Below are positions 19,564 to 28,403 of a stretch of 64,000 bases of DNA, piece by piece. The position numbers and the translations under genes are program-made. The stretch is taken from NCBI GenBank assembly GCA_963761305.1, contig CAVXGK010000001.1, positions 1,408,001 to 1,472,000 of the forward strand, given 5' to 3'. This DNA comes from an uncultured Gemmatimonadaceae bacterium. GTDB lineage: Bacteria > Gemmatimonadota > Gemmatimonadetes > Gemmatimonadales > Gemmatimonadaceae. Below the pieces are notes generated by a model. The model made no database searches. It saw only the letters and a program-made list of their open reading frames with translations, and was not told the origin of the DNA. Within the stretch, counting starts at the first letter, position 1. Each line of letters opens with the position of its first letter.

Positions 19564-20154
19564 ATGCGTCGTCGCATTCTTCTCATCGCCAGCGCTTTCG
19601 TCACGGCCATCGCCGCCGCGTGCGTCTCGAGCGATTCACCCGTTTCCCCACCGAGCGCCCCGGCTCAACCGGCTGCGTCGAACGCGAATCTCGCCAACCT
19701 CCTCGGGCTCGGCGGGTCGACCATCGTTACGCCGTTGCTCCGCGCGAAGCCGCTCGAACAATCTCTCTCGGCGTCGGCGACGATCGGCCCGCTCGGTGGA
19801 ACGCTGGCCATCCCGGGGGCGGGCGTACTCGTGGTCGTCCCGCCGTTGGCGGTGTCGTCCGCGCAGAAGATCACCGTCACCGCCGTCGCGGGATCGAACG
19901 TCGCGTACGAGTTCGCGCCGCACGGCCTCAAGTTCAACCTGCCGCTCGTGGTGACGCAGGACCTCTCCGCCACGCAGGCGCGCAAGGAAGGGTTGGTGAG
20001 CCCGCTGTCGCTCTTCGCGGGATACTATCCCGATTCGACGAAGATCACGTCGATCACCGAGATACTGAACGTCAACGTCAACCTGTTGAACCAGGCGGCG
20101 GTGTTCTCGGTGTGGCACTTCTCGGGTTACATCCTGGCGGACGGCCGAGACTAG
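19564..20154 (+). CDS. Lipoprotein with ZU5-like domain and C-terminal HFS motif
   Basis: Lipoprotein signal ending AAAC20; IGPLGGTLAIPGAGVLVVVPP, EFAPHGLKFNLPL, WHFSGY. Confidence 0.75.
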   Translation: MRRRILLIASAFVTAIAAACVSSDSPVSPPSAPAQPAASNANLANLLGLGGSTIVTPLLRAKPLEQSLSASATIGPLGGTLAIPGAGVLVVVPPLAVSSAQKITVTAVAGSNVAYEFAPHGLKFNLPLVVTQDLSATQARKEGLVSPLSLFAGYYPDSTKITSITEILNVNVNLLNQAAVFSVWHFSGYILADGRD

Positions 20155-20178
20155 CAGTCGCCGAGGTGTCTTCCGGCC

Positions 20179-21237
20179 ATGAACCTCGAGCCGATACGTG
20201 GATATGCCGGACAGGCAGCTGAAGAAGCGCGGCGCCTCAGTGAGCTGGCGCGCGCCGCCGGACTCGGTGACTCACCGGACGACGCTGTTCGGTGGCACCG
20301 AGACGCGCTGTCGCTGCTCGGTGCGAGCGAACCGACCACGCTCGTCGCCGACGTGCTGCGTTGGCAAGGGACCGTCCTTCGCGATCGCGGACTTCCTGGC
20401 GAGGCCAATCCTCTCTATCACCGAAGTCTCACACTGTCGCGCGAGCTGGGTTACCAGAGCGGGATCGCCCACGCGCTGAACTGCCTGGGGATCCTCTCGC
20501 TCAACGCCGGCGACCTGGCCGGCGCCGGCGATCTGTTCAGCCAGGCGCTCACGGCTACCGAGTCGTGCGGCGAGCCACGGCTCGTCGGCATGATTCAGCA
20601 GAACCTCGGCGTGATGGCCGACATTCGCGGGAATCCCGCATCCGCGATGGCGCACTATCGCGTCGCGCTGCGAACCTTCGAGGCGGCGAACGACCGCCAG
20701 CAGGTGTGCCGGGTCTTGAACAACCTCGGCATCGCCTACGCCAAGGCCGGGCGCCACGCCGAGGCGCGCGACGCGTACGCCCGCGCGCTCGACATCGCGA
20801 AGGACCGAGGCGAGCTGCTCTTCGAAGGCATCATCGAGGGGAACGTCGCCGAGTTGGAATTGATGTGCGGACACGTGGCCGCGGCACGTCCGTCGATCGA
20901 GCGGGCGCTCGAGATCGCCGAGCGCCGCGGTGACAATGCGCGACGCGCGATCGCGCTCAAGCTCCTCGGCGCGTGTCAGCGAATGACCGGCGACGTGCCG
21001 GCCGCCGAGGAGACGTTGGGCAGGGCCGCGCGGCTCGCCGTCGTGGCCGGGGACGCGTTGACGAGCGCTGAAATCCGCTTCCAACTCGCCTGCGCGCTGG
21101 CGGCGGGCGGCCGCCGAACAAGTGCCGAAGAGACCTGGACCCGCTCGTTGCTCGCTTTTGAGCGGATAGGTGCCCGCCGGTGGGCAGCCAGGGTGAGAGC
21201 GCGATTAACCGCCGGGGAGAACGGACGATACTTCTAG
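20179..21237 (+). CDS. Stand-alone tetratricopeptide repeat protein
   Basis: About 40-aa repeats: ALNCLG, QQNLGV, LNNLGI, EGNVAE; no signal peptide. Confidence 0.88.
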   Translation: MNLEPIRGYAGQAAEEARRLSELARAAGLGDSPDDAVRWHRDALSLLGASEPTTLVADVLRWQGTVLRDRGLPGEANPLYHRSLTLSRELGYQSGIAHALNCLGILSLNAGDLAGAGDLFSQALTATESCGEPRLVGMIQQNLGVMADIRGNPASAMAHYRVALRTFEAANDRQQVCRVLNNLGIAYAKAGRHAEARDAYARALDIAKDRGELLFEGIIEGNVAELELMCGHVAAARPSIERALEIAERRGDNARRAIALKLLGACQRMTGDVPAAEETLGRAARLAVVAGDALTSAEIRFQLACALAAGGRRTSAEETWTRSLLAFERIGARRWAARVRARLTAGENGRYF

Positions 21238-21282
21238 GCGCGGGGACTCGCCCGCTAAGCCTAACTCCCAAAGAGGTTTCGG

Positions 21283-22308
21283 TTGCTTCACGACGAGGAT
21301 CGCTCGGCTGAGCCGTCGGACCGCGCACGCGATTTCGGGTTTCAGAACATCGTGGGTTCCAGCCCGCTGCTGCGCGAAGCTGTCAGCCTCGCGATGCAGG
21401 TGGCGGGGACTCGGCGCACGACCGTTCTGCTGATCGGCGAAACCGGAACGGGCAAGGAGTTGTTCGCCCGCGGCATCCACTACGCCGGTACGGCGGCCGA
21501 CGAGCCCTTCGTCGCCATCAACTGCGCGGCGATTCCCGAGGCGCTGCTCGAGTCCGAGTTGTTCGGCCACGAACGCGGCGCGTTTACGGGCGCGCACGCG
21601 CGCAAGCAAGGGCTCCTCGAGCTCGCCGGATCGGGCACGCTCTTTCTCGATGAAGTGCATCACCTGCCGCGAATGCTGCAGCCCAAGCTCCTGCGCGCGC
21701 TGGAATCGCGCCAGGTCAGACGCCTCGGGGGCTTCGAGGAGATCGCGATCAACTGCCGCATCGTCGCCGCGGCGAGCCCGCTTCTCGAGCAGGTGGTCGG
21801 CAGCGGAGAGTTTCGCGAAGACCTCTACTACCGGCTCAACGTCTTCGGCATCACCCTGCCCGCGCTGCGCGACCGTCTCGAGGACATCGAGGTGATCGCG
21901 CGCCATTTTCTCGCGCACGAAACGCGCGAGCACGGAAAGTCCAAGGCGTTCTCGTCGGACGCGTGCACTGCGCTTCGCGTGCACCGCTGGCCGGGCAACG
22001 TGCGCGAGCTGAAGAACGTCGTCGAGCGTGCGGCGATCCTGAGCGGTGATTCCTCGATCGTCCGCGCCGAACACCTGATGATCCAACGCCGCGCCGCTCG
22101 GCAGGCCGCGCCGGACGCGGTCGGCGAGATTCGGATTCCGACGACGGGCAAGCTGCTGGAAGAGATCGTGGCCGAGGCGGTGGCGCTCACGCTCAAAATC
22201 ACCAACGGGAATCAGGCGGCGGCGGCACGGCTGCTTGGCATCTCGCGGCCGACGCTCGCGAAGAAGATGACTCGGCCCGCCGATCCCTCTCGAGTGTCGG
22301 TGGCGTGA
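21283..22308 (+). CDS. Sigma54-dependent transcriptional activator lacking N-terminal regulatory domain
   Basis: GETGTGKE, ESELFGHERGAFTGA, LFLDEV, FREDLYYRL, WPGNVREL, Fis-type HTH NQAAAARLLGISRPTL; GAGG SD before TTG. Confidence 0.93.
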   Translation: MLHDEDRSAEPSDRARDFGFQNIVGSSPLLREAVSLAMQVAGTRRTTVLLIGETGTGKELFARGIHYAGTAADEPFVAINCAAIPEALLESELFGHERGAFTGAHARKQGLLELAGSGTLFLDEVHHLPRMLQPKLLRALESRQVRRLGGFEEIAINCRIVAAASPLLEQVVGSGEFREDLYYRLNVFGITLPALRDRLEDIEVIARHFLAHETREHGKSKAFSSDACTALRVHRWPGNVRELKNVVERAAILSGDSSIVRAEHLMIQRRAARQAAPDAVGEIRIPTTGKLLEEIVAEAVALTLKITNGNQAAAARLLGISRPTLAKKMTRPADPSRVSVA

Positions 22309-23966
22309 TCGCAGGGAACGGCGTCCCCTCCCTCACCGGCGCGGCGTCGTATCTCGTCGCCGAAGCCGAAGCGGCCGAGCGCGCCGGGCAGCGCGAGCTC
22401 GCGCGGCGGCAGTACGAGCGTGCGTTGCGGCTCCTTCGCGAGAGCAGCGCCGCGTCGACCATACTCCGCCGTATCGCGCGTTCGTATCGCGAAGACGGCC
22501 AGCTGGACGTGGCACTCGATTGTCTCGATGCCGCTCTCGGCTCGGCCGAGGCGCACGGCGCGATGTCCGACATCGCGCATGCCAAGAACCTGGCTGGAAA
22601 CATCCTGCTGACGCGCGGCGACTACGCGGCGGCCGAACCGATGTACGCACGCGCCCTGTCACTCGCCGTCGAGTCGGGCGAGCGCCAGCTCGAGGCGATG
22701 ATCGCGCAGAACCTCGGCGTCATCGCCAGCATGCGCGGCGACCGGCTGACAGCGCTCGAGCATTACGCGTCCGGGCTGGTCGTGTATCGCACGCTCGGGA
22801 TGTTCCGGCAGGTCGGCCACGCGCTCAACAACATGGCGCTCGAGTACACGTCCCTGGGACGGCTCGACGAAGCGCAGGCGGCATACGACGAGGCGATCGT
22901 GCATTGCGCCGCGGCGGGCGACGTGCCCAACCGATTGCTCGCGCAGACCAACGCGGCGCATCTGCGCCTGGTTCGCGGCGACGTCGCCGGCGCCGAGACG
23001 ATCTGTCGCTCAGTGCTGGCCGAAGCCACCGACGCGGGCGACGAGCGCGCACTCGGCGAAACGCTCAAGCACATGGGCGTCATCGCCCGGTCGCGCCGCG
23101 AGTACGACGCCGCCGAACGGCATCTCCGCGACGCGTTCGACAGCGCGATGCGGCGCGAGGATCTGCTGCTCGCCGGCGAGACGGCGCGCGAGCAGGCCGA
23201 CTTGTTCGAACGGATGGATAAGAGCCGGGAGACGTTGCAGGCGCTCACGCAGTCCCACCGGTTGTTCACCAAACTCCAATCACAGCGCAACCTCGCCGAT
23301 CTCCAGCAGCGCGTCGCGCGGCTCGAGGAGCGGTTCTACTTCGTCGTCGCGCGGTGGGCCGGATCGATCGAGTCGAAGGACGCGTACACGCTCGGCCACT
23401 GCGAGCGCGTCGCCGACTACGCGTGCGCGCTGGCTCGCGACATCGGCTTCGACGAGATGACGTTGTTCTGGTTCCGCATCGGCGCGCTGCTGCACGACGT
23501 CGGCAAGATCGTGGTGCCGACGGAGATCCTGAACAAGCCCGGGCGGTTGACGCCGGAAGAACGCTTGGTGATGGAACGGCACCCCGCGGCCGGCTCGGAG
23601 ATGTTGGCGGACATCGATTTTCCGTGGGACATCCTGCCGATCGTCCGCAACCATCACGAGCGATGGGACGGCGACGGGTATCCCGACCGCCTGGCGGGCG
23701 AAGGGATTCCGCTCGCGGCGCGGGTCGTCTGCGTGGCGGACGTGTTCGATGCCCTCACGACCGACCGGCCTTACCGAAAAGGATTCTCGCGGCGCGACGC
23801 GTTGGCGACGATGAACAACGATCGCGGAAAGATCTTCGATCCGTACTTGTTGGCGCGGTTCAACCGCATCATCGAGGAGACGCCCGCTACTTCTCGCCGG
23901 CGCCCACGTCGTGGATCGTACGGAGCTCGACGACGCGGAGCTGACGCACCATCGTCGGCAGCCTGA
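22305..23966 (+). CDS. TPR + HD-GYP cyclic dinucleotide phosphodiesterase
   Basis: N-terminal TPRs; YTLGHCERV, LLHDVGK, HHERWDGDGYP, ADVFDALTTDRPYR; GTGA overlap with activator gene. Confidence 0.92.
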   Translation: MIAGNGVPSLTGAASYLVAEAEAAERAGQRELARRQYERALRLLRESSAASTILRRIARSYREDGQLDVALDCLDAALGSAEAHGAMSDIAHAKNLAGNILLTRGDYAAAEPMYARALSLAVESGERQLEAMIAQNLGVIASMRGDRLTALEHYASGLVVYRTLGMFRQVGHALNNMALEYTSLGRLDEAQAAYDEAIVHCAAAGDVPNRLLAQTNAAHLRLVRGDVAGAETICRSVLAEATDAGDERALGETLKHMGVIARSRREYDAAERHLRDAFDSAMRREDLLLAGETAREQADLFERMDKSRETLQALTQSHRLFTKLQSQRNLADLQQRVARLEERFYFVVARWAGSIESKDAYTLGHCERVADYACALARDIGFDEMTLFWFRIGALLHDVGKIVVPTEILNKPGRLTPEERLVMERHPAAGSEMLADIDFPWDILPIVRNHHERWDGDGYPDRLAGEGIPLAARVVCVADVFDALTTDRPYRKGFSRRDALATMNNDRGKIFDPYLLARFNRIIEETPATSRRRPRRGSYGARRRGADAPSSAA

Positions 23967-24369
23967 GATAGGCGATCTCGCCGACCGCTTTGCCGAGCAG
24001 CGCGCGTCCGATCGGCGACGACATCGTGACCTGCCCTTCCTCGAAGTCGATCGAGTCGCCGAAGACGAGATAGTAGGTCTCGCGTCCGCCGGCCTTCTGG
24101 TCCTCGAGGACCACGCGCGACCCGAGGCCCACCCGGTCGTCGGGAATTTGCGACGGATCGATCGCCGAGAGCTTGCTCAAACGCTCGTGCAGCTGCCCCA
24201 GCCGCGCCTGCACGAACTGCTGGCGCTCGAGAGCGGCCTTGTACTCACTGTTCTCGCGCAGATCGCCCATCTCGACCGCTTTCCGAATCTCCTGCGGGAG
24301 CGTGACGTTGAGCTCGTATTGCAGGCGTTCCGCTTCCGCGGCGAGTTTTCGCTTCAGCTCTTCGATCAT
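23887..24369 (-). CDS. greA: Transcription elongation factor GreA/GreB family
   Basis: GDLRENSEY, SSPIGRALLG; start ATG 24369. Confidence 0.9.
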   Translation of the reverse strand: MIEELKRKLAAEAERLQYELNVTLPQEIRKAVEMGDLRENSEYKAALERQQFVQARLGQLHERLSKLSAIDPSQIPDDRVGLGSRVVLEDQKAGGRETYYLVFGDSIDFEEGQVTMSSPIGRALLGKAVGEIAYLRLPTMVRQLRVVELRTIHDVGAGEK

Positions 24370-24452
24370 ATCGCCGGGTCGCGAGCATTTTGAGGATGGT
24401 GAAACGTTGCGCGCCCGGCCGACAGGGCCGGGCGCGCAGTCACAATCCCAAG

Positions 24453-25676
24453 TTACCCCGCGTGCGCGCCGCTGGCAAACGAGGAATCGGATGCCCGGGC
24501 GAACTCGGCGCGCAAACGTTCCATCATGGCGTCGCGGCGGTCGTACAGACGCTTGAGCGGCCGCGCCGCGTGGCGTGCCTTCGCGTACGACGTGAGCAAC
24601 GGCAGCGCGACCGTCGAATCCATGTAGCACACGACCGCGTCGGGCAGCCGGTCGGGATCGATCTTGCCCCAGCTCACCGCCTCGGCGGGCGTGGCGCCCG
24701 AGAGCCCGCCGGTGTCCGGCCGCGCGTCGGTGATCTGCAGAAAGTAGTCGTGCCCCTTCTCGTCGATGCCGAGCACTTCCTGAATCTGCGGCTCGGTCTG
24801 GAGCATGAAGTTCTTCGGGCTGCCACCGCCGCAGATCAGCACGGCCGACTTGCCGCCCGAGCGCTTCGCGTCGAGCACGATCGACGCCGTCTCGTTCACG
24901 TCGAGGTTCGGATCGATCGTGCACTTGTTGCCCTCGAGCGCCAGCGCGGCGACGTTCATCCCGATCGACGAGTCGCCGGGCGACGACGTGTAGATCGGTA
25001 CGCCGGCATTGTACGCCGCCGAGATGAGCGACTTCTGTCCGATGCCGAGGGCGCGTTCGCGCTCGCGCACGTACTTGCCGCAGAGGTTGTGGAACTCGGC
25101 GCTCGACATCGAACGCTGGAATTCCGGGCCTTGAATGACGGTCCGGAAAAAGGCGTCGGTCGACAGCAGGACGTCATAGTCAAAAAAGATGTCGTAGATC
25201 CGCACGACGCCTTCGTCGCGCAGGACGACGTCGGACTCTTGCGGATTCCCGCGGTGCATCGCCAGCCCGAGCCCGAAGTGCGTGTCGTGGTAGAGATTCG
25301 CGCCGGTGGAGATGATCCAGTCGACGAACCCGGCCTCGATGAGCGGAATGAGCGCCGCCATGCCGAGGCCCGCGGGCGTGAGGGCGCCGGTGAGCGTCAT
25401 GCCGACGGTCACGTCGGGCTCCAGCATTTTCTTGGTGTACAGTCCACAGGCTTCACGAAGACGCGCCGCGTTGTAGGCGAGGAACGCGTTGTCGATCAGA
25501 TCGGCCGCCGTCTCGGCGCCGCTGATCGGCGTCGGTTCGATGCGCGGCCCGCGAAGGAACTTGCTGGTCTCGCGGGCGTCGTGCCGCGTGCCGCTTCGCT
25601 CGCGTTCCTCGGCGGCGGCCTTCTGCGCGCCCTTCGGGCCCGCGGCCGATGGTTTGTTGTCGGAACGCTTCGCCAT
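24453..25676 (-). CDS. Deoxyhypusine synthase-like protein (probable homospermidine synthase)
   Basis: [35 protein letters not shown] (catalytic Lys). Confidence 0.9.
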   Translation of the reverse strand: MAKRSDNKPSAAGPKGAQKAAAEERERSGTRHDARETSKFLRGPRIEPTPISGAETAADLIDNAFLAYNAARLREACGLYTKKMLEPDVTVGMTLTGALTPAGLGMAALIPLIEAGFVDWIISTGANLYHDTHFGLGLAMHRGNPQESDVVLRDEGVVRIYDIFFDYDVLLSTDAFFRTVIQGPEFQRSMSSAEFHNLCGKYVRERERALGIGQKSLISAAYNAGVPIYTSSPGDSSIGMNVAALALEGNKCTIDPNLDVNETASIVLDAKRSGGKSAVLICGGGSPKNFMLQTEPQIQEVLGIDEKGHDYFLQITDARPDTGGLSGATPAEAVSWGKIDPDRLPDAVVCYMDSTVALPLLTSYAKARHAARPLKRLYDRRDAMMERLRAEFARASDSSFASGAHAG

Positions 25677-25677
25677 G

Positions 25678-26622
25678 TCAGCGTCCGTTCTGCGCTTCCC
25701 ACGCCTGAATCACGGCGTGGGCGGCTTCTTGCGGGTCGTCCGTGAGCAAAATCAAATCCAGGTCTCCCGGTGAGATCTTCGATTCGCCGAGCACGCGAGA
25801 CTGAATCCAGCGGATCAGTCCCGCCCAGTAGTGCCGGCCGAACATCACGACGGGGAATTGATAGATCTTGCCCGTCTGGATGAGCGTGAGCGCTTCGAAG
25901 GCTTCGTCGAGCGTGCCGTAGCCGCCCGGAAATATGATGAACGCGTTCGAGTACTTGATGAACATCGTCTTCCGGACGAAGAAGTAGCGGAAGTTGATGA
26001 GCGTATCGAGATAGGGGTTGGCGCCCTGCTCGAACGGGAGCTCGATGTTGCAGCCGATCGACGTGCCGCCGCCCATCTTGGCGCCTTTGTTCGCCGCCTC
26101 CATGATCCCCGGCCCCGCGCCGGTGATGATGGCGAATCCGGCCTCGGCCAGGAGACGCGCGACCTCCTGCGCCGACTGATACTGCGGATCGTCGGGGTGC
26201 GTGCGCGCCGAGCCGAAGATCGCCACACCCTTCTGCACGTGCGCGAGGTTGTCGAACCCGTCGACGAACTCGCCCATGATGCGCATCACGCGCCAGGGAT
26301 CCGTGCGCGTGAAATCCTCGCGACTGCTCCCGGATTGCAGCAGCTTTTCGTCTTCGGTGACGGGCGGCATGTAGCTGCGAATCGCGTCGTCGACGATCCG
26401 CGGCGGCGTGGTCGGACCACCCGGCGCTCGCTCCGACGGCGGCGTGCGTCCCGCTGCTCGGTGGCCGGCTTCCGTCCGTTCGCGGTACCCTTCCTGCGCC
26501 CCTCTCGATGCTTCGGCGAGAAGTTCCGGGCTCGTCTTGTTGCCGCCAGCCGTCCGGGGTGACTTGGGCTTCGTGGGGCGCTGAGCCTTCGCTTTCGTCT
26601 CGCGTGGTTTGCGGTCTGGCAT
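25678..26622 (-). CDS. LOG family protein (TIGR00730-like Rossmann fold)
   Basis: [33 protein letters not shown]; start ATG 26622. Confidence 0.9.
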   Translation of the reverse strand: MPDRKPRETKAKAQRPTKPKSPRTAGGNKTSPELLAEASRGAQEGYRERTEAGHRAAGRTPPSERAPGGPTTPPRIVDDAIRSYMPPVTEDEKLLQSGSSREDFTRTDPWRVMRIMGEFVDGFDNLAHVQKGVAIFGSARTHPDDPQYQSAQEVARLLAEAGFAIITGAGPGIMEAANKGAKMGGGTSIGCNIELPFEQGANPYLDTLINFRYFFVRKTMFIKYSNAFIIFPGGYGTLDEAFEALTLIQTGKIYQFPVVMFGRHYWAGLIRWIQSRVLGESKISPGDLDLILLTDDPQEAAHAVIQAWEAQNGR

Positions 26623-26698
26623 GGCGTTGATCTTATGGGGTTGAGGGAGGAGTGCACAGAGGCGAGCTTTGCGACACAGCCTCCCCTTCATCGCCGCA

Positions 26699-28120
26699 GT
26701 GTCCGTAGTCATCCTCCTCGCCGACGGCGCGCGCCCCGACACACTGTCGACCGCGCTCGACTCCGGTGCGCTGCCGGCGCTCGCGCGCCTGCGCGCGGCG
26801 GGGGGCCTGCACACGATCACGTCGTGCTTTCCCTCGGTCACCGGACCGGCCTACGCGCCGTTTCTCCTGGGCCGCTTCCCCGGACCGGTCGGCCTGCCGG
26901 GGCTGCGTTGGTTCGACCGCGCGCGCACGGCGTGCAGTTTTCCCGACTACTCGCGGAGCTACGTCGGCTATCAGATGAGCGCGGTGGACGGCGATCTCGA
27001 CGCGTCCGCGCCGACGATCTTCGAGCTCACCGGCACGAGTCTCGGCGCGCTCAGCGTGATCACGCGGGGGCTGCCGTCCCACCAACGCATCGGGTCGATC
27101 ACGACGCTCTCGGCGATTCGCGGCGCACGCACTCACTTCTCCGGCGACCTCGCCGGCTGGCTCGAGATCGACCGCATCGCCGCGGGTCAGCTCGTGCGGC
27201 GGATTCGGATGGAGCAGCCGGATTTCGTGTTCGCCGCACTGACCGGCGTCGACAAGGTGTCGCACGCGCGCGGTCAGGACTCGCCGATGACGATCGACGC
27301 ACTGCGCATCGTGGACGACACCGCGGCGCGGATCCGCGACGACGCCGAGCGCAGCGGACGCTGGGACGACATGCACCTGTGGATCGTGAGCGATCACGGT
27401 CACTCGCGTGTGACCTCGCACGAAGACCTTGCCGGCCTGATCGACGACACGGGCCTCCGCACCATGTCACACCCGTGGGTCGTGACGCTCGGCGCGGAGG
27501 TGGCGGTGATGGTGAGCGGCAACGCGATGGCGCATCTGTATTGCGACGTTCGGTCGCGCGCGCGTCCGTCGATGGATGCCCCGAGGTGGCGCGCACTGTG
27601 CGACATGCTGCTCACACGCCCGTCGGTGGATCTGCTCGCCGTGTGCCGCGGCGAGCGGGTGGTCGTTCGGACTGCCGATCGCGGCGACGCCGTCCTGTGG
27701 CGGACGAATCGAGGATACCACTATCAGCGTGAGGGCGGCGACCCGCTCGGCATCGGCCGCGACGTGTGCGCGGTGACGAGCGACGAAGCGTACGATCTCA
27801 CGATCGACACCGACTATCCGGATTCGATCGTGCAGCTGGTGAACCTCGTCTGCTCGCCGAGGTCCGGCGAGATCGTGCTGTCCGCGGCGCGCGACTGGGA
27901 TTTCCGCGCGCGCTACGAGCCGATCCGCCACGTGAGCTCGCACGGCGCGCTGCACCGCGAGCACATGCTCGTTCCGCTGCTGACGAATCGCCCGGTCGCG
28001 TCGGCGCCCCGTCGCACGGTCGACGTCATGCCGAGCGCACTCGCGGCGCTCGGCGCGCCGATGCCGGCGATGTTGGATGGCCGCTCGTTTCTTGCGCCGC
28101 GCGAGGCGTTCGTCACGTGA
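26699..28120 (+). CDS. Alkaline phosphatase superfamily protein (nucleotide pyrophosphatase/phosphodiesterase type)
   Basis: LLADGAR, FPSVTGP (Thr nucleophile), DKVSH, SDHG, SHG; start approximate. Confidence 0.85.
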   Translation: MSVVILLADGARPDTLSTALDSGALPALARLRAAGGLHTITSCFPSVTGPAYAPFLLGRFPGPVGLPGLRWFDRARTACSFPDYSRSYVGYQMSAVDGDLDASAPTIFELTGTSLGALSVITRGLPSHQRIGSITTLSAIRGARTHFSGDLAGWLEIDRIAAGQLVRRIRMEQPDFVFAALTGVDKVSHARGQDSPMTIDALRIVDDTAARIRDDAERSGRWDDMHLWIVSDHGHSRVTSHEDLAGLIDDTGLRTMSHPWVVTLGAEVAVMVSGNAMAHLYCDVRSRARPSMDAPRWRALCDMLLTRPSVDLLAVCRGERVVVRTADRGDAVLWRTNRGYHYQREGGDPLGIGRDVCAVTSDEAYDLTIDTDYPDSIVQLVNLVCSPRSGEIVLSAARDWDFRARYEPIRHVSSHGALHREHMLVPLLTNRPVASAPRRTVDVMPSALAALGAPMPAMLDGRSFLAPREAFVT

Positions 28121-28130
28121 CGTGCTTCGT

Positions 28131-28403
28131 ATGACGCCCGGCGCGATCGAGAAGCGATCGTGGTCCTCCGTCGCGGCCAGGCTCGCGTGGCGGGGCGTGC
28201 GACATCCGCGCACGGGCCTGGCGCTCATCCGCGTCGGCTGGCGCTTCCGCGCGCGCGACTGGTATCGCCGGTTTCCATTTCTCCCGCTGCCCGACCGCAC
28301 GTACGTGCGCTGGCGGATGTACACCGCGTACGGCGACGAATCGGCCGTGCCGAGTGCCGACGACGTCGAGCGGTACGCGGCGTGGGCCGTGCGAAAACCG
28401 TGA
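28131..28403 (+). CDS. Small basic hypothetical protein
   Basis: W.R.PFLPLP..Y..WR..TAYG pattern; fills the gap and overlaps the queG start. Confidence 0.7.
   Translation: MTPGAIEKRSWSSVAARLAWRGVRHPRTGLALIRVGWRFRARDWYRRFPFLPLPDRTYVRWRMYTAYGDESAVPSADDVERYAAWAVRKP

Noticed and set aside
23887..23966. 80-bp convergent overlap of HD-GYP and greA 3' ends as a regulatory feature
   Set aside because: It involves only low-complexity tails; such overlaps are common in GC-rich genomes (also 4703-4755).
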